This document shows, piece by piece, positions 1-10,104 of a stretch of 26,012 nt of DNA. Origin of the DNA: Gonapodya sp. JEL0774 (lineage: Eukaryota); contig JADIIX010000053.1 of NCBI GenBank assembly GCA_027604505.1, forward strand, positions 124,001 through 150,012. Direction: 5' to 3'. Both the position numbers and the translations under genes were made by a program. The notes beneath the pieces are model-generated. The model worked only from the letters and a program-made list of their open reading frames with translations, ran no database searches and was not told the DNA's origin. Every line of letters starts with the position of its first letter. Positions within the stretch are counted from its first letter, which is position 1.

Positions 1-1
1 A

Positions 2-1987
2 GCCACCTATGTATTCGTCAACAATGTCCTGTGGACCTGGTCGAGGCTGCACGCGCTTTCCACCACGCCTTCCGATATCAGGAAGATCCGGTGGGAGGAT
101 TCGAATAGTCTCGCGAATGGGCTCGGTCACGGAGGCAGTCGAGGAGACTTCTGTTCGAGATTTGCCGCCACGGCCATAGCCACGCGTATTATGGACGGGA
201 GGTCCTTCTGGCTCCTTATTGCCCTTTGTAATCGTAGAATCGTTATTCTCCGCCGGTGAAACTTCTGGATCACCGTAAAATTTGGTTGGTGGCTCTTCTG
301 ACTGCCCAACAACTGTCCTGCGGATGACTACCTCAGACTCCTCAACATTTCTCCCTTGGACTCTCGTTAGTGAAGAGTCCTGTGGCTCTTCATCCTTGCT
401 TGCATCAGTTTTGGACGTCTTTCTCCCTTTAAATATGCCCTCAACAGCAACGTTCTCCTCCCCATCAGTCCTCGCAGCATTTCTCCTTCTAGACTTTCGA
501 AGGGGCTTCGCAGATAATGGATATCCTTCGTCAATGACTGTTTGCGCGTATCCATTTGGTCCGACTGAATCATCTGAGTCCGAATTGTGCTTGTCCACCA
601 CAACATGACGAAATCGGTTACGAGATCCAATTGATTCGACCGGAGCATTGTTTAAATCGGTGTTAGCTGACACTTTGTGTGAGAACCCATATCCTGGTCC
701 CGATTCCGGTGACACTTCATTCGGAGCCCCGCGTCTGGCTGCTGGGAGCGAAGAACTGGAGTCTTCTATAGCCTCAGACTCCTCCTCATCCTCCTCCAAA
801 GAGCTATCTTCATCGCTATTGCTAGAAATTGTACTGGAATCTTCCAGTCCTTTTCTCTGGGATCGGTTTCGAGCTCTGGCAGGCTGTCGCAGTCTCATCG
901 AACGAGGTCCCACCACTCTACCACGACGGGCCATAGGTCTCGCCGCTCTACCATGACGGGTCGAAGGAACTCGCGGCGGAGTAATAATCAACTCGAACCC
1001 TGGGCTGGACGGTTCAAGCACTGACTGCTGTCCGGGTGAGGGCGTTCGGCGGTCATGATCAGAAATGTTGCTGTGGTTCGCATCCCTGCTGCGCGCCGCT
1101 CCTCTTCGTGAGTTCCGTCTTGAGCCAAAATCAGATGTTGCTTCAGACTGCCCGACATGGCCTGACAAGGAAGGGAAGGATCTTGCGTCCGGTACCGTCT
1201 CTTCTGCGAACGTTGCAGCTCCACCGAAACTGAGTGCGGTTTTCGCTGCACGAGCAGACCGGCGAATATTCGGTACATCGTCTACTCTCTCAGGGGAATG
1301 AGGTGTCGAGAGTGCGGAGTTGGAGCGCTTTGGGGCCCGACCTCGACGCCCTTGTGCTGGAACAGCCGCAGCCGGTTCTTCGTCACTAAGGGATGATATA
1401 GAACTAAGAGGCCCTGAAGACAACGGTGACAAATTGTCGTGATCTATTGGGTCAAGAAGCGCTGTAGATATGGGAGGTGGCTTGTGGAGAAGTCGAGCAA
1501 GGGAGGAAGCCGAGGCAGACTCTCCGACCATTGAGTTCGCTGCAAGGGGTGGCCTTTGAAGTGTTTCCGGAAGGCCAACAGTGACCGCATAATCTGCTTT
1601 TGCATCATGTTTCATATCCGCATCCACTGGTTGCCCGTTTGTATGTGCATCGGCTGGATCGACTTCTGGCATAGAAATAGGAGCGAGTTCTGCGGATTCA
1701 GAATCCCCATCAGTTTCGTCATGGTCTATGTTCCGGGAGGCTCTGCTGGGAGAATCCCCGGTGGATATTTTGAGTCCGGTTTCGGATTCCGACTGGTCTC
1801 CGTTGGACCTACGGGTCCTCCCGACAATAGCAGACGGAGACGCCCCCGGAACAGGGGAAGTTCTCGAGATTCGTCGGTCAGTTGAATTTCCTTCCTGGAA
1901 TTCGGAGGCTCTGCGTGGACTGTCCTGGGGAACATTAGGCGAGATTGAGTTGCGTAGATTTTGGGCGGTGACTGCACGTGGTGGCAT
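2..1987 (-). CDS. Long intrinsically disordered Ser/Arg/acidic protein, N-terminal part; 3' end lies beyond the window
   Basis: I read the frame codon by codon and found no stop from ATG 1987 (MPPRAVTAQNLRNSISP...) to position 2 (...QDIVDEYIGG), 662 codons. An in-frame TGA lies upstream at 2006-2008. The + strand Ser-rich ORFs at 282, 648, 1065 and 1728 are its antisense shadows. No folded domain recognised. Confidence 0.8.
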   Translation of the reverse strand, partial: MPPRAVTAQNLRNSISPNVPQDSPRRASEFQEGNSTDRRISRTSPVPGASPSAIVGRTRRSNGDQSESETGLKISTGDSPSRASRNIDHDETDGDSESAELAPISMPEVDPADAHTNGQPVDADMKHDAKADYAVTVGLPETLQRPPLAANSMVGESASASSLARLLHKPPPISTALLDPIDHDNLSPLSSGPLSSISSLSDEEPAAAVPAQGRRGRAPKRSNSALSTPHSPERVDDVPNIRRSARAAKTALSFGGAATFAEETVPDARSFPSLSGHVGQSEATSDFGSRRNSRRGAARSRDANHSNISDHDRRTPSPGQQSVLEPSSPGFELIITPPRVPSTRHGRAARPMARRGRVVGPRSMRLRQPARARNRSQRKGLEDSSTISSNSDEDSSLEEDEEESEAIEDSSSSLPAARRGAPNEVSPESGPGYGFSHKVSANTDLNNAPVESIGSRNRFRHVVVDKHNSDSDDSVGPNGYAQTVIDEGYPLSAKPLRKSRRRNAARTDGEENVAVEGIFKGRKTSKTDASKDEEPQDSSLTRVQGRNVEESEVVIRRTVVGQSEEPPTKFYGDPEVSPAENNDSTITKGNKEPEGPPVHNTRGYGRGGKSRTEVSSTASVTEPIRETIRILPPDLPDIGRRGGKRVQPRPGPQDIVDEYIGG

Positions 1988-2335
1988 CCCTCGTAGGACT
2001 CCCAATCAAAGAGCCACACTTTATGTAGAGAAAAGAGGAACACATGAGGAGATGTGAAGACGGTATCGTGCGTGGAAAATGTTGTTTTTGCTTCATGCAT
2101 CGTGGAAAAATCCCCCACCATGCAAGATATCGGATTGAGCTCGTCTTAATTTCCAGCCAAAAGAATTTCGCAAAAATTTCCGATCAAGACAATGCTTGGG
2201 AGAGGGGAGAGGGATGAGAATGAAGGCTCCGTAACAGCTCGAACCGATCGGAGATGGCCCCACAGGATTATCGAAGATCTCCCAAGACCAAAGCCAGATA
2301 CACCCACGCCATCCCCTTCTTTTGATTGTTCCGCC

Positions 2336-2795
2336 ATGTCTTTCATCAGACCACTCATTGCAACTATTGTTGTGAATCGCGAGAGCAAAGCGAGGGGGCA
2401 CAATACACAACGGATGCATCGCGACAAACATCCAGATGAATCCACACCAAGTCACACCACATGCTTGAAGAAAATTCATTGTTGGAGGCAGTTCTCACTG
2501 ACCCCCGACTCATCTCCCCCTCCATGGATAAGTTAAGTTCCTATGAAGGTTCGTCCTGTAGGAGCATTGAGCAAGGACGTACTTTCCGGGACTTTCAGCT
2601 TCTATAAGGCCTTTCCATTGTATTTGCTCACCTCCCAGATTTTCCCAGATTTGAGCTTGGACCGCGAGATAGTGAGAAGAACGGGAATGTGCTGGGATGT
2701 GCGGTTACCTCGTGTCCATTATTTGTACATCGTTAATTTATCAGAGTCCTCACCTCACGTTCGAACAACAGCTCCTGAACTCCATTTACTTTTGA
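2336..2795 (+). CDS. Possible small spliced hypothetical protein, divergent from the 2..1987 gene
   Basis: ccgccATG at 2336 follows a CT-rich tract (MSFIRPLIATIV). Plausible donors (gtgaat, gttcgt, gtgcgg) and branch/acceptor signals (cactgac...aag, gctcac-ctcccag, ttatcag) are present. Several incompatible exon models fit and no homology was recognised. Confidence 0.25.
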
Positions 2796-3340
2796 GCTAC
2801 TTATCGATTAATCTGTGAAAGGAAAACGCAAACACGCTACATACCTCTTAGAGTAACGGACTACAGGTTGTCGAGTCACAGCCAACAATATAGTATCCAT
2901 TTGTTCCCACCGCTCTGAACTGTGGTGTCAACGATCACCAGCCCCTGAGCTGCCTGCATGACAAATGCGAGACAAGCATCTCACAATACCATAAGTGTGT
3001 AATCATTCACATAACATCGATGGGATAAATCGGGGTCACCCTCAAACTCACCCAAACTCAAATCGTTTTCTCAAAACCCACATACAACGTTTTCAAACAA
3101 TGAAGCCACTCGCATTTTGCTCTTTTATTTTCAGGGCGAGATACTTGTTGAACAGGGTTGCTACCGTTCTAGCGGGCCTGCAGTGAACACATTCTTACAA
3201 CATCTGGCTCTTGTGAAATCCGTCACCTAGTGACATCAACATAATTATGTCGTCAAAAGTGACCAATACCAATGATTCACATAAATCTCAAGCGCTTAAA
3301 TTGTGTTCTGCGCCTGGTTCCACCACAGAGCCAAACCTCA

Positions 3341-6300
3341 TCACCACGTTGTCATCCCCGGCTTATCCCCGGTCTCTACCGCCGGAATATCAACTTGCCA
3401 TGATTCAACCTGGCATCCGTACGCCCTCGGGCTGAGTTTGATAACACAGTGCAAGGGGACTTTGAGGTAGGGCAGTTGGTCTTGTTCGTAACCCTGAAAC
3501 CACGCGTACACGCAGCGGAGAACCGCCTCGATGGTGGCAAAGGAAGTTAAGTGTGGCGCAAGGAAGTCAGGGTCATTCGATCTGCTCACACACTGTTTGT
3601 ATCAAAATGACATTTCCTACCTGATGCCCCACGATCAATACCGTCTCGTCCGCACCAACGCGCTCCAACTCCATGATAACCGGCTCCTGTTAAAGAAGCA
3701 GCCCATTTATTGACAGCGTTGATCGAAGTAATACTTAACACCCACAATCCGGCGGCACAAGTCCGCATAGCTCTCTCCACCACGGTAACTGTTCGGTAAC
3801 TGTCGTCAGACAATCATTCAGGACGACGACGAAGTAAAATATCACTGACCGGAAGTAGAATTTGTCCGCGTCCCTTGCAGCATCTGTAACAAACGCAGGT
3901 GAAAAGCATAGGCGCCGTAATCATTGTCGTACCAGCTGACACAACTCACATTCCTCGGGGAACTTCTTGGCGATTTCCTCATACGTCAACCCATCACAGT
4001 ACCCGGAATCCAATTCATCAAGCGCTTTCCAGCTTACCAGTGTGGGCTTGTGGCTGAAGGTGCTTTTGGATACATTCAAATTGGGGTTTGTAGTGATGGT
4101 GGGAGAGAGCGGGGAAAGGGTAGGTGAGGCAGCAACGCTCAACGAGGATGAAGCAAGAAAGGAGGCAGTTTGAACAGTGCGAATGAGAGACGAGGTCCAA
4201 ATTTGGAGCTTAGTTTCACCAGGTAGAATCTGTAAGTTACGATGCACACGGTGAATGAAGCCTCCGAAATACACACGCAGCTCGCCCAAAATTAGCCGCG
4301 GTCTTGGTTCTCACCTTTCCAATAACATCCGGCAACTTTGCCGCATAAAGCCACCCTCGTTCGCTAAGATTCGAATCGCCACCAATCTTTCCCTCGACGT
4401 TAAATTCTGACTCTCCATGACGTGTGAAGTAGATGGATTTTGGCGTGATATTAAGGTTCATCAGGAAGTAGCAGATACGAGTTTGGATGTGGCCATGGGG
4501 ACGGTGGACGGAAAACTTCAAGGTGCAGCGCCCCAGTTAGAGAAGAAGGGAGGGCAAAGAGGTGCCTAATTAACAATTGTGCGTGGAAAGTTGTGGGAAG
4601 ACATGGGAAGTCACCAACCGCGCGTCCAGCGTCACTAAAGGATGCAAAAAAGCGTAAGAACACAGAAAGCAAGCGAACTTTAGATGTCTATCAAAGGACC
4701 GAAACTCGAAGGAAAAATCTGACTGACATCACTTTCACAAATGGAACACCCTCGTCTTCTTCCATCGTCTGATAAACTTTCTCGTATTGCTTGATGCGTT
4801 CCAGAAAATCTCTCATCGCCACGTCTGGATCCGTGCCAAGATAGTCTGGGCCACTTAACTTAACCTATGCTCGTTTTGAGACGATACATCACAAATCCAA
4901 TTCAAGCTTTTTGGCTCATTTTACATACCTCCGTGACGTTCCTCCTCACCACATCCGCACCAAATTCTCCAGTGACCACTGATTCCACAAATATAACCTG
5001 CATAGGATTCCCCTTCCCATCAACCACACCAGTAAAGTAATCATATAGCTGTTTTCGCCTCATCTTGGTGGTGTTGGTCGCGTCGAATATGGCAACGCAG
5101 CCTGATGAGAGACTTTGCGACCAACGAACGAGATCCTCCATGCATCGTTGGGCGGCTTCTTCTCGGATACGGCTTGCTTCTTTGTTGAATGGATCGAAGA
5201 AGGCGGCATCTTGTTTGACACCCGATGGGTCTGCATTGAGGGACGATTTGACGCGTTCATCCGTTCATCCCTGTAATAAAACAAAGAAGAATCCCACCGT
5301 TCTCGGCCAATTCCCTGCGGTATTCTCCCACATTGAAAATTCGCGATGAGTAGCCAATCCAGGACTTGAGGCAGAAAGACTGAGAAAACGCTGATTTGGA
5401 ATGAACGAACTGTCGGACTCTCACCATGTATCGAGAAATCTTGCGAGATATGTATGTCTTTCCTCGAGCTTGTGGAGGACATTTGTTAGTCACGAGAAGG
5501 GCAAATCTCAAGCGCAACGCCTAAATACCAGGCAATCCCACCATCACCACCACCAGTCTCGTATCCTCAGCAATAATTGGAACGAGAGCTTTTTTGGTGG
5601 GTCCAAGCAACGGGCTGCCGACGTCAGCAGACATGGGCGACAAACCAGGCGACGATATCCCAGCCGGCCGCTCCAGTGACAATTTTTGAGACAGATAGGA
5701 CACGTTCGGCGATTTAGGAAGTGAGGCAGCCCCATCCTTGGGTGATTGATGGGAGGGGCTGGGCGAAGATATCGGAGATGGAAGGTTTTGCAGGGGAGGC
5801 GTCTCAACACGCGGACTTGGTGGCATTAAAGTCTCCGATTGGGCTCCGGAGAATTCGGGTGGGTGACGTACTGGCGGTGTAGCAATGGAGCTGGGTTCAG
5901 ATGCGATCTCTTCTTTCCGCCTTGATGAGTCACTAACAGTGTTGACATTGTGAGGTGGGTCTGAGTTCGCGTGACTTCGACGGAGAGACGTGGGTAAACT
6001 TGAATGCGAGCTCCCCGAAATGGACCGCTCGTGCGGTTCCATTTGAATATCGTGCAGTGCCTTGTAGGAAGATGCACGGGAGCTTTGACTGCTGCCATGG
6101 CCGTCGGAAGCGGCGCGAATTTGATTACGTCTTGCAATCATTTCGCTCTGTTGGTATGGGAGTGAAATGTGATTGATGCTGGTCTTAAGCACCGACGAAC
6201 CATACTGGACAGGGAGCTATACGGTGTAAGAAACAAAGAGGAGAGCAAATATTTCGGGGTGGATGGTCAGAAAGCGGCTACGAGTAATGCCCGAACGCCT

Positions 6301-6842
6301 TCACCGTGAAACCTAAGGGGTGGACTTTCCCAAATGGCACTCACCTCTGAAACTAGTGGTCGATGGAAGCGATGACTGCCTGGGGATGACACAGAAGACG
6401 AAGGGCCTGAGGATCCATCTGGGAAGTATTCACGCAGGTAGAGCGATTTACTGATCGCACTCGGGTCCGGAGCGAGTTGGAAATACACTGAAGGGTTCTG
6501 CACATCTGCTGGTCCAAAAACGGGCACAGATGAAGCAGTCACTTTGGTGCCAGGCTCGCTTCGTGAGTGAGGGTGATTTCGTGTGTTGATCGGAATGGGT
6601 TGCACCACCTTGGACTCCACAAATGTTCCTTCACCATCTGCCTGAGCTCCCCTAGTACAATCGGAGAGTTCAACCTCCTCGGGCGCAGCAGAACTTCTCC
6701 CTGCAGCTTGAGGATGTGGATCATCATCGTCTGAAATCATACCAGAATTCATCATGTTCGCTGCATCGGAGTCCGAGTCGAAGTTGATGTCGTCGTCAAT
6801 CTGAGAAAGTCTGTTTCCTGTGTTCTGCCGATGGAGAGCCAT
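3341..6842 (-). CDS. Bifunctional 6-phosphofructo-2-kinase/fructose-2,6-bisphosphatase with a long Ser/Pro-rich N-terminal extension (multi-exon)
   Basis: The spliced translation gives Walker A MVGLP|ARGKT, FNVGEYRR, FDATNTTKMRR, VKLSGPDY, RHGESEFNVEGKIGGD, WKALDELDSG, YRGGESYADL, EPVIMELER, GHQ|AVLRC and VPLHCVIKLSPRAYG. Stop at 3341-3343. First exon 6842..6345 (gtgagt donor) joins 6204 in phase 0; this 5' join is less certain than the catalytic core. Confidence 0.93.
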
Positions 6843-6887
6843 TATTACCCTGACGATGATCGCCCCGTGATCAATTCAAGTAGAACA

Positions 6888-6935
6888 CCACTCGCAGCTC
6901 AGAGCATGGAGCCACTTGCAGCTCAGAACACGGAG
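6888..6935. repeat. Imperfect 24-bp tandem duplication upstream of PFK-2/FBPase-2
   Basis: ccactcgcagctcagagcatggag / ccacttgcagctcagaacacggag, 21 of 24 identical. Confidence 0.85.
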
Positions 6936-6964
6936 AGGTTTTTAAAGCCTTGAGCGTGGGTTTT

Positions 6965-6994
6965 TACGATCGTCGATGATACGATCGTCGATGA
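6965..6994. repeat. Perfect 15-bp tandem repeat with a palindromic core
   Basis: tacgatcgtcgatga occurs twice; each unit contains the palindrome acgatcgt. Confidence 0.9.
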
Positions 6995-7159
6995 AAACCA
7001 ATGTCCGTCACGCTCCCAGTCTGTGCCTGTCGGGTCCTCCGGAGTTTCTCAAACTTCCTGTGTATTACCATTGTGATGGCGCAGGATACGGTAAGCGTAA
7101 GAAGGTATTATATTGGATTAAATCTAAGAGAATGCTTTCTTTTCGAGTGTCCTCTGGTG

Positions 7160-8323
7160 TTACATAACAGGCCCTCCAAGAGTATGGTTGTGATTTCGCA
7201 CGGTAGTGTGTGCTAAAAGTCGTGAATTTCTATCTTTGACAGCATCTGCGAATCGCAAAACTCGGTCTCGTGTCTCGATCTTTCAACATCCAATTTGTGT
7301 TCAAGGAAGATCCACTAGTTTCGATGAGAAAAATGAGACAATACTCACTTTAGCTTCCCAATCCCTTCCACCTGCAAATCCCAATCCTCCTTCTAACGTT
7401 TGATTTAGCTCCTTATCTCGCTTCCGAAACTCTTTCCAATCGTTCAGTGTTCTGGGCTGGTACCGTCCGATCTCCGCACTGTCACCTCGCCCTTCCATGT
7501 CTTCAGATCGTCGTCTTGCCGTGGCCGTTCGGTATCGCTCGGTGGTGGTGAGAGCAGGCAGGGGCATCGTAGCTTGTCGCAATTTTGATTTAGGGCGGCG
7601 TTGAAATCTGAACGGAGAATAGTAGTGCACATTGTTCGGTATGTCTGACCGTCCAGCAAATTGTAAGGATGAAGAGGTCGCAGAGGGTGATAAAGACCGA
7701 GACCGAACCACGCTCTCCGCCCGCTCCGCAAAGACAGGGGAAGGCGTGTACCTTGGACCATCAGACCTACGTCTCGGCATGGAAGGATGAAACTTTTCGC
7801 TTTCCTCGCGCGATTCATCCCGCTTGCGGATTTGCCGCCGAAACTCTCCTGCTGTGCTCGTGTTGACCTCAGTTCCCTCTTCGAACTCTTCGAGTTCCAG
7901 TCGTTTTAATTTCTCCTCTAGCAGTTGTTCAACACTCCTCCTTCTCTCCCTCGTAGGAACTGACTGTACCCAACCTCCTCCCACCGAGCTAAAGTTATCC
8001 GGCCCGAAATATCCTCCACCTGCTCCGCCAAATGGCCCACTCCGAACTGCCGCAGGGTCCAGCCAAATGAGGGCGGGCGTGGGGATGCCGCCTTTCGAAA
8101 CTGCCCGAGGACCGCCAAGGTTAGGAGTAGGGAAGGCATTGACTAAAGACGATTCTCCTTGCTGATTGGAGTGGTGCATTATGTGTTGGTGAGGTTGTGG
8201 CACAGGAGGGAGGTGTACTGGTGGCGTGGGAAGTGGGAATCCAATCGAGGGGGTCGGGGGAAGAAAAGGGGGAGGAGCAAAATGTGTCTGATGAAGAAAG
8301 TGAGCGTGTGGTTGGTGCGGCAT
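7160..8323 (-). CDS. Pro-rich protein with a C-terminal JHY-like (ciliary) domain, about 364 aa
   Basis: Exon 8323..7349, intron 7348..7280 (gtgagt...aag), exon 7279..7160. The C-terminus RYQPRTLNDWKEF...LEGGLGFAGGRDWEAK|IETRDRVLRFADAVKDRN resembles the JHY pattern YKPYTLKDY...LGGLG...K.EYA..V...N as I recall it. The start codon is uncertain. Confidence 0.6.
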
Positions 8324-8453
8324 TTAAATTGCTGGTGGGCAGCTATGTCGGGGTGGCCATTTCATTAGTGATCGATCGGCGAGGGTTCATTGCGAAGCTA
8401 CAATTATAGGCCCGTTCGATTGAACTTAATCTACCGCATATGACACATCCAGT

Positions 8454-8954
8454 TCAGAGGGTGGGGCTATTAGCATCTGTGGCACTCCCAGGATAACTGG
8501 GAGGTGGAGTGCTGGGGGAAGTGGGAGAAGTTGGTGGAATCCATGGTTCTCTTCTTCTGTCACGCCTACGTGCGAAATAGGTTTTGCAATTGTGAACTGT
8601 GAGAGTGGTCTGAAATTGAAGCACTCACGATGCGGAGGACCTCTCTAGCCATACACCAACCAATAGACCTGCAAGAAAGGCCAGAAAGCTGCTGCATCTG
8701 TGATGGCTCTCGCCATTGGTATGAGCTACAGGGGCAGCCTGTGGAGTAAAAGCAAACAGGACCCTTTTGATTCAAGCCTTAAGTGTCTTGAGAGTCCCTT
8801 TAGGTCTCACGTCGTGATGAAGAGGGGCGACTGGGCGCATGGGTGGAGCTCCCTCCGGAGAATCGATGATTGATGTCCGACCAGCAGAGAATCCGATCAG
8901 AAAGCTTCCGGCAGATAAGACACCAGTTGACACGATGCTAGATGTTAGGGACAT
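8454..8954 (-). CDS. Small (121 aa) protein with two hydrophobic segments and a C-terminal PPSY motif
   Basis: Exons 8954..8811, 8738..8629 and 8565..8454, with canonical gtgaga/cag and gtgagt/tag sites and matching phases. Translation: MSLTSSIVSTGVLSAGSFLIGFSAG...SSFLAFLAGLLVGVWLER...PSTPPPSYPGSATDANSPTL*. Confidence 0.7.
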
Positions 8955-9195
8955 TTTCTCGTGCTTGTTTGATAAAGTAAGTTTTGATCGGACTGGAACA
9001 ATCGCTCGCGGGCGGCGTGCGGTGCACAGGCCCACTTGATCTACGCTGACTCACAAATATATATCTTCAGAGATTCGATATTACTAATTACAGTTTGCCG
9101 CGACAATTGTTCGTAAACTATACAACACAGTGTTGGGCAAGATTGACATCACTTCTCTATGAATACAACCTCAATCATCCAGGGCACAACGAGCA

Positions 9196-10104
9196 CTATC
9201 GGTCATCCACACTTTCTATTTCACTCTGTCCATCATCTTCTCCATCTGATAGCCTCGCCGGCAGTCCTTCGGGGTCACGTGCTCCCCGAAACCGCGCCCC
9301 GTCATTGGGTTCCAGGTCAAACGGTCCCACGATTGCGTCGACCGCAGAATAGGGAGGGGGGTGGTCGGGGTAGTGAGGATTGGGATTTCGCGGTGCCGCG
9401 GAAGGTGTGCGGCGGGGGCGTGAGCGGGATTGGTGTTGAAGGAGACCGTACCTGAATTGGCGAGATCGACATCAGATGGGGTCAAAAAGGTATTACAAAC
9501 ATCCAGACCGTGTGCGTGAAGGGGAACCCACGACTCTCTGTTCTGATGGTCAGAAACGATGAGGCGCGACCTTTCCGGCAACTTGCACCCTTTTGCATGG
9601 GTGAATTTCGCCATCGTAGTGTCATCTGCACTGGCACAGCTCCGAATCAACTTTGCCTCAAGGAACCAACCACTGCTGTCACCATCCGCACACAGAGACA
9701 CACTCACACGACTCCAAGCACCACACAAGTTCCCATAATCCCAAGTAACACTCCGTTCACTAAATCTTCACGTCGCTTATTTTCACATGTTCCGAGATTA
9801 TCCGCTAATACGCGATTAGCTTCCACAAGTTGCTGGTTCGCGGTCGAAAGGTCTCGGATTTGCTGGAAAGGGAACGGACATTTTGATTGCCGTTCCGGTC
9901 ATTCACTCATTTCATCATCACTCGTACCTGCGTTATTGCCACAAGATCTTCTTTTGTTGCCATCTCCTTGGGAGTCGTGGGCACCGTGGTGGAAATGTTC
10001 TTGGAGATATCTGCTAGCTCTTTTGCTTTGCCAGATGATCCTGTCGCCCAACCCCACACGTATCCACCAGCAGCCGTAAGACCAGCAATAAGGATGACCT
10101 CCAT
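9196..10104 (-). CDS. Membrane protein with two hydrophobic segments, a short predicted coiled coil and a PPPY motif
   Basis: Exon 10104..9928 (MEVILIAGLTAAGGYVWGWATG...), exon 9862..9708 (QIRDLSTANQQLVEANRVL...VLLGIMGTCVVLGV), a middle exon ending 9532 whose acceptor is ambiguous (9672 or 9630), and last exon 9451..9196 (...HYPDHPPPYSAVD...SEIESVDDR*). Confidence 0.65.

Noticed and set aside
282..2057. Several Ser-rich + strand ORFs
   Set aside because: They share one register and are antisense shadows of the long minus-strand ORF.
2543..2620. PMKV...FYKAFP resembling ATP synthase subunit f (Atp17)
   Set aside because: The similarity stops after FYKAFP, no C-terminal TM segment follows, and the stretch may be intronic.
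3783..3803. Duplicated cagttaccg giving two acceptors 11 nt apart in PFK-2
   Set aside because: Only the downstream site keeps the frame (YRGGESY), and there is no evidence that the other is used.
9216..9451. C-terminus of track ORF 9216..9728 as the end of the membrane protein
   Set aside because: Splice phase (gtgggt at 9531, cag at 9452) and composition favour the alternative frame ending at 9196.
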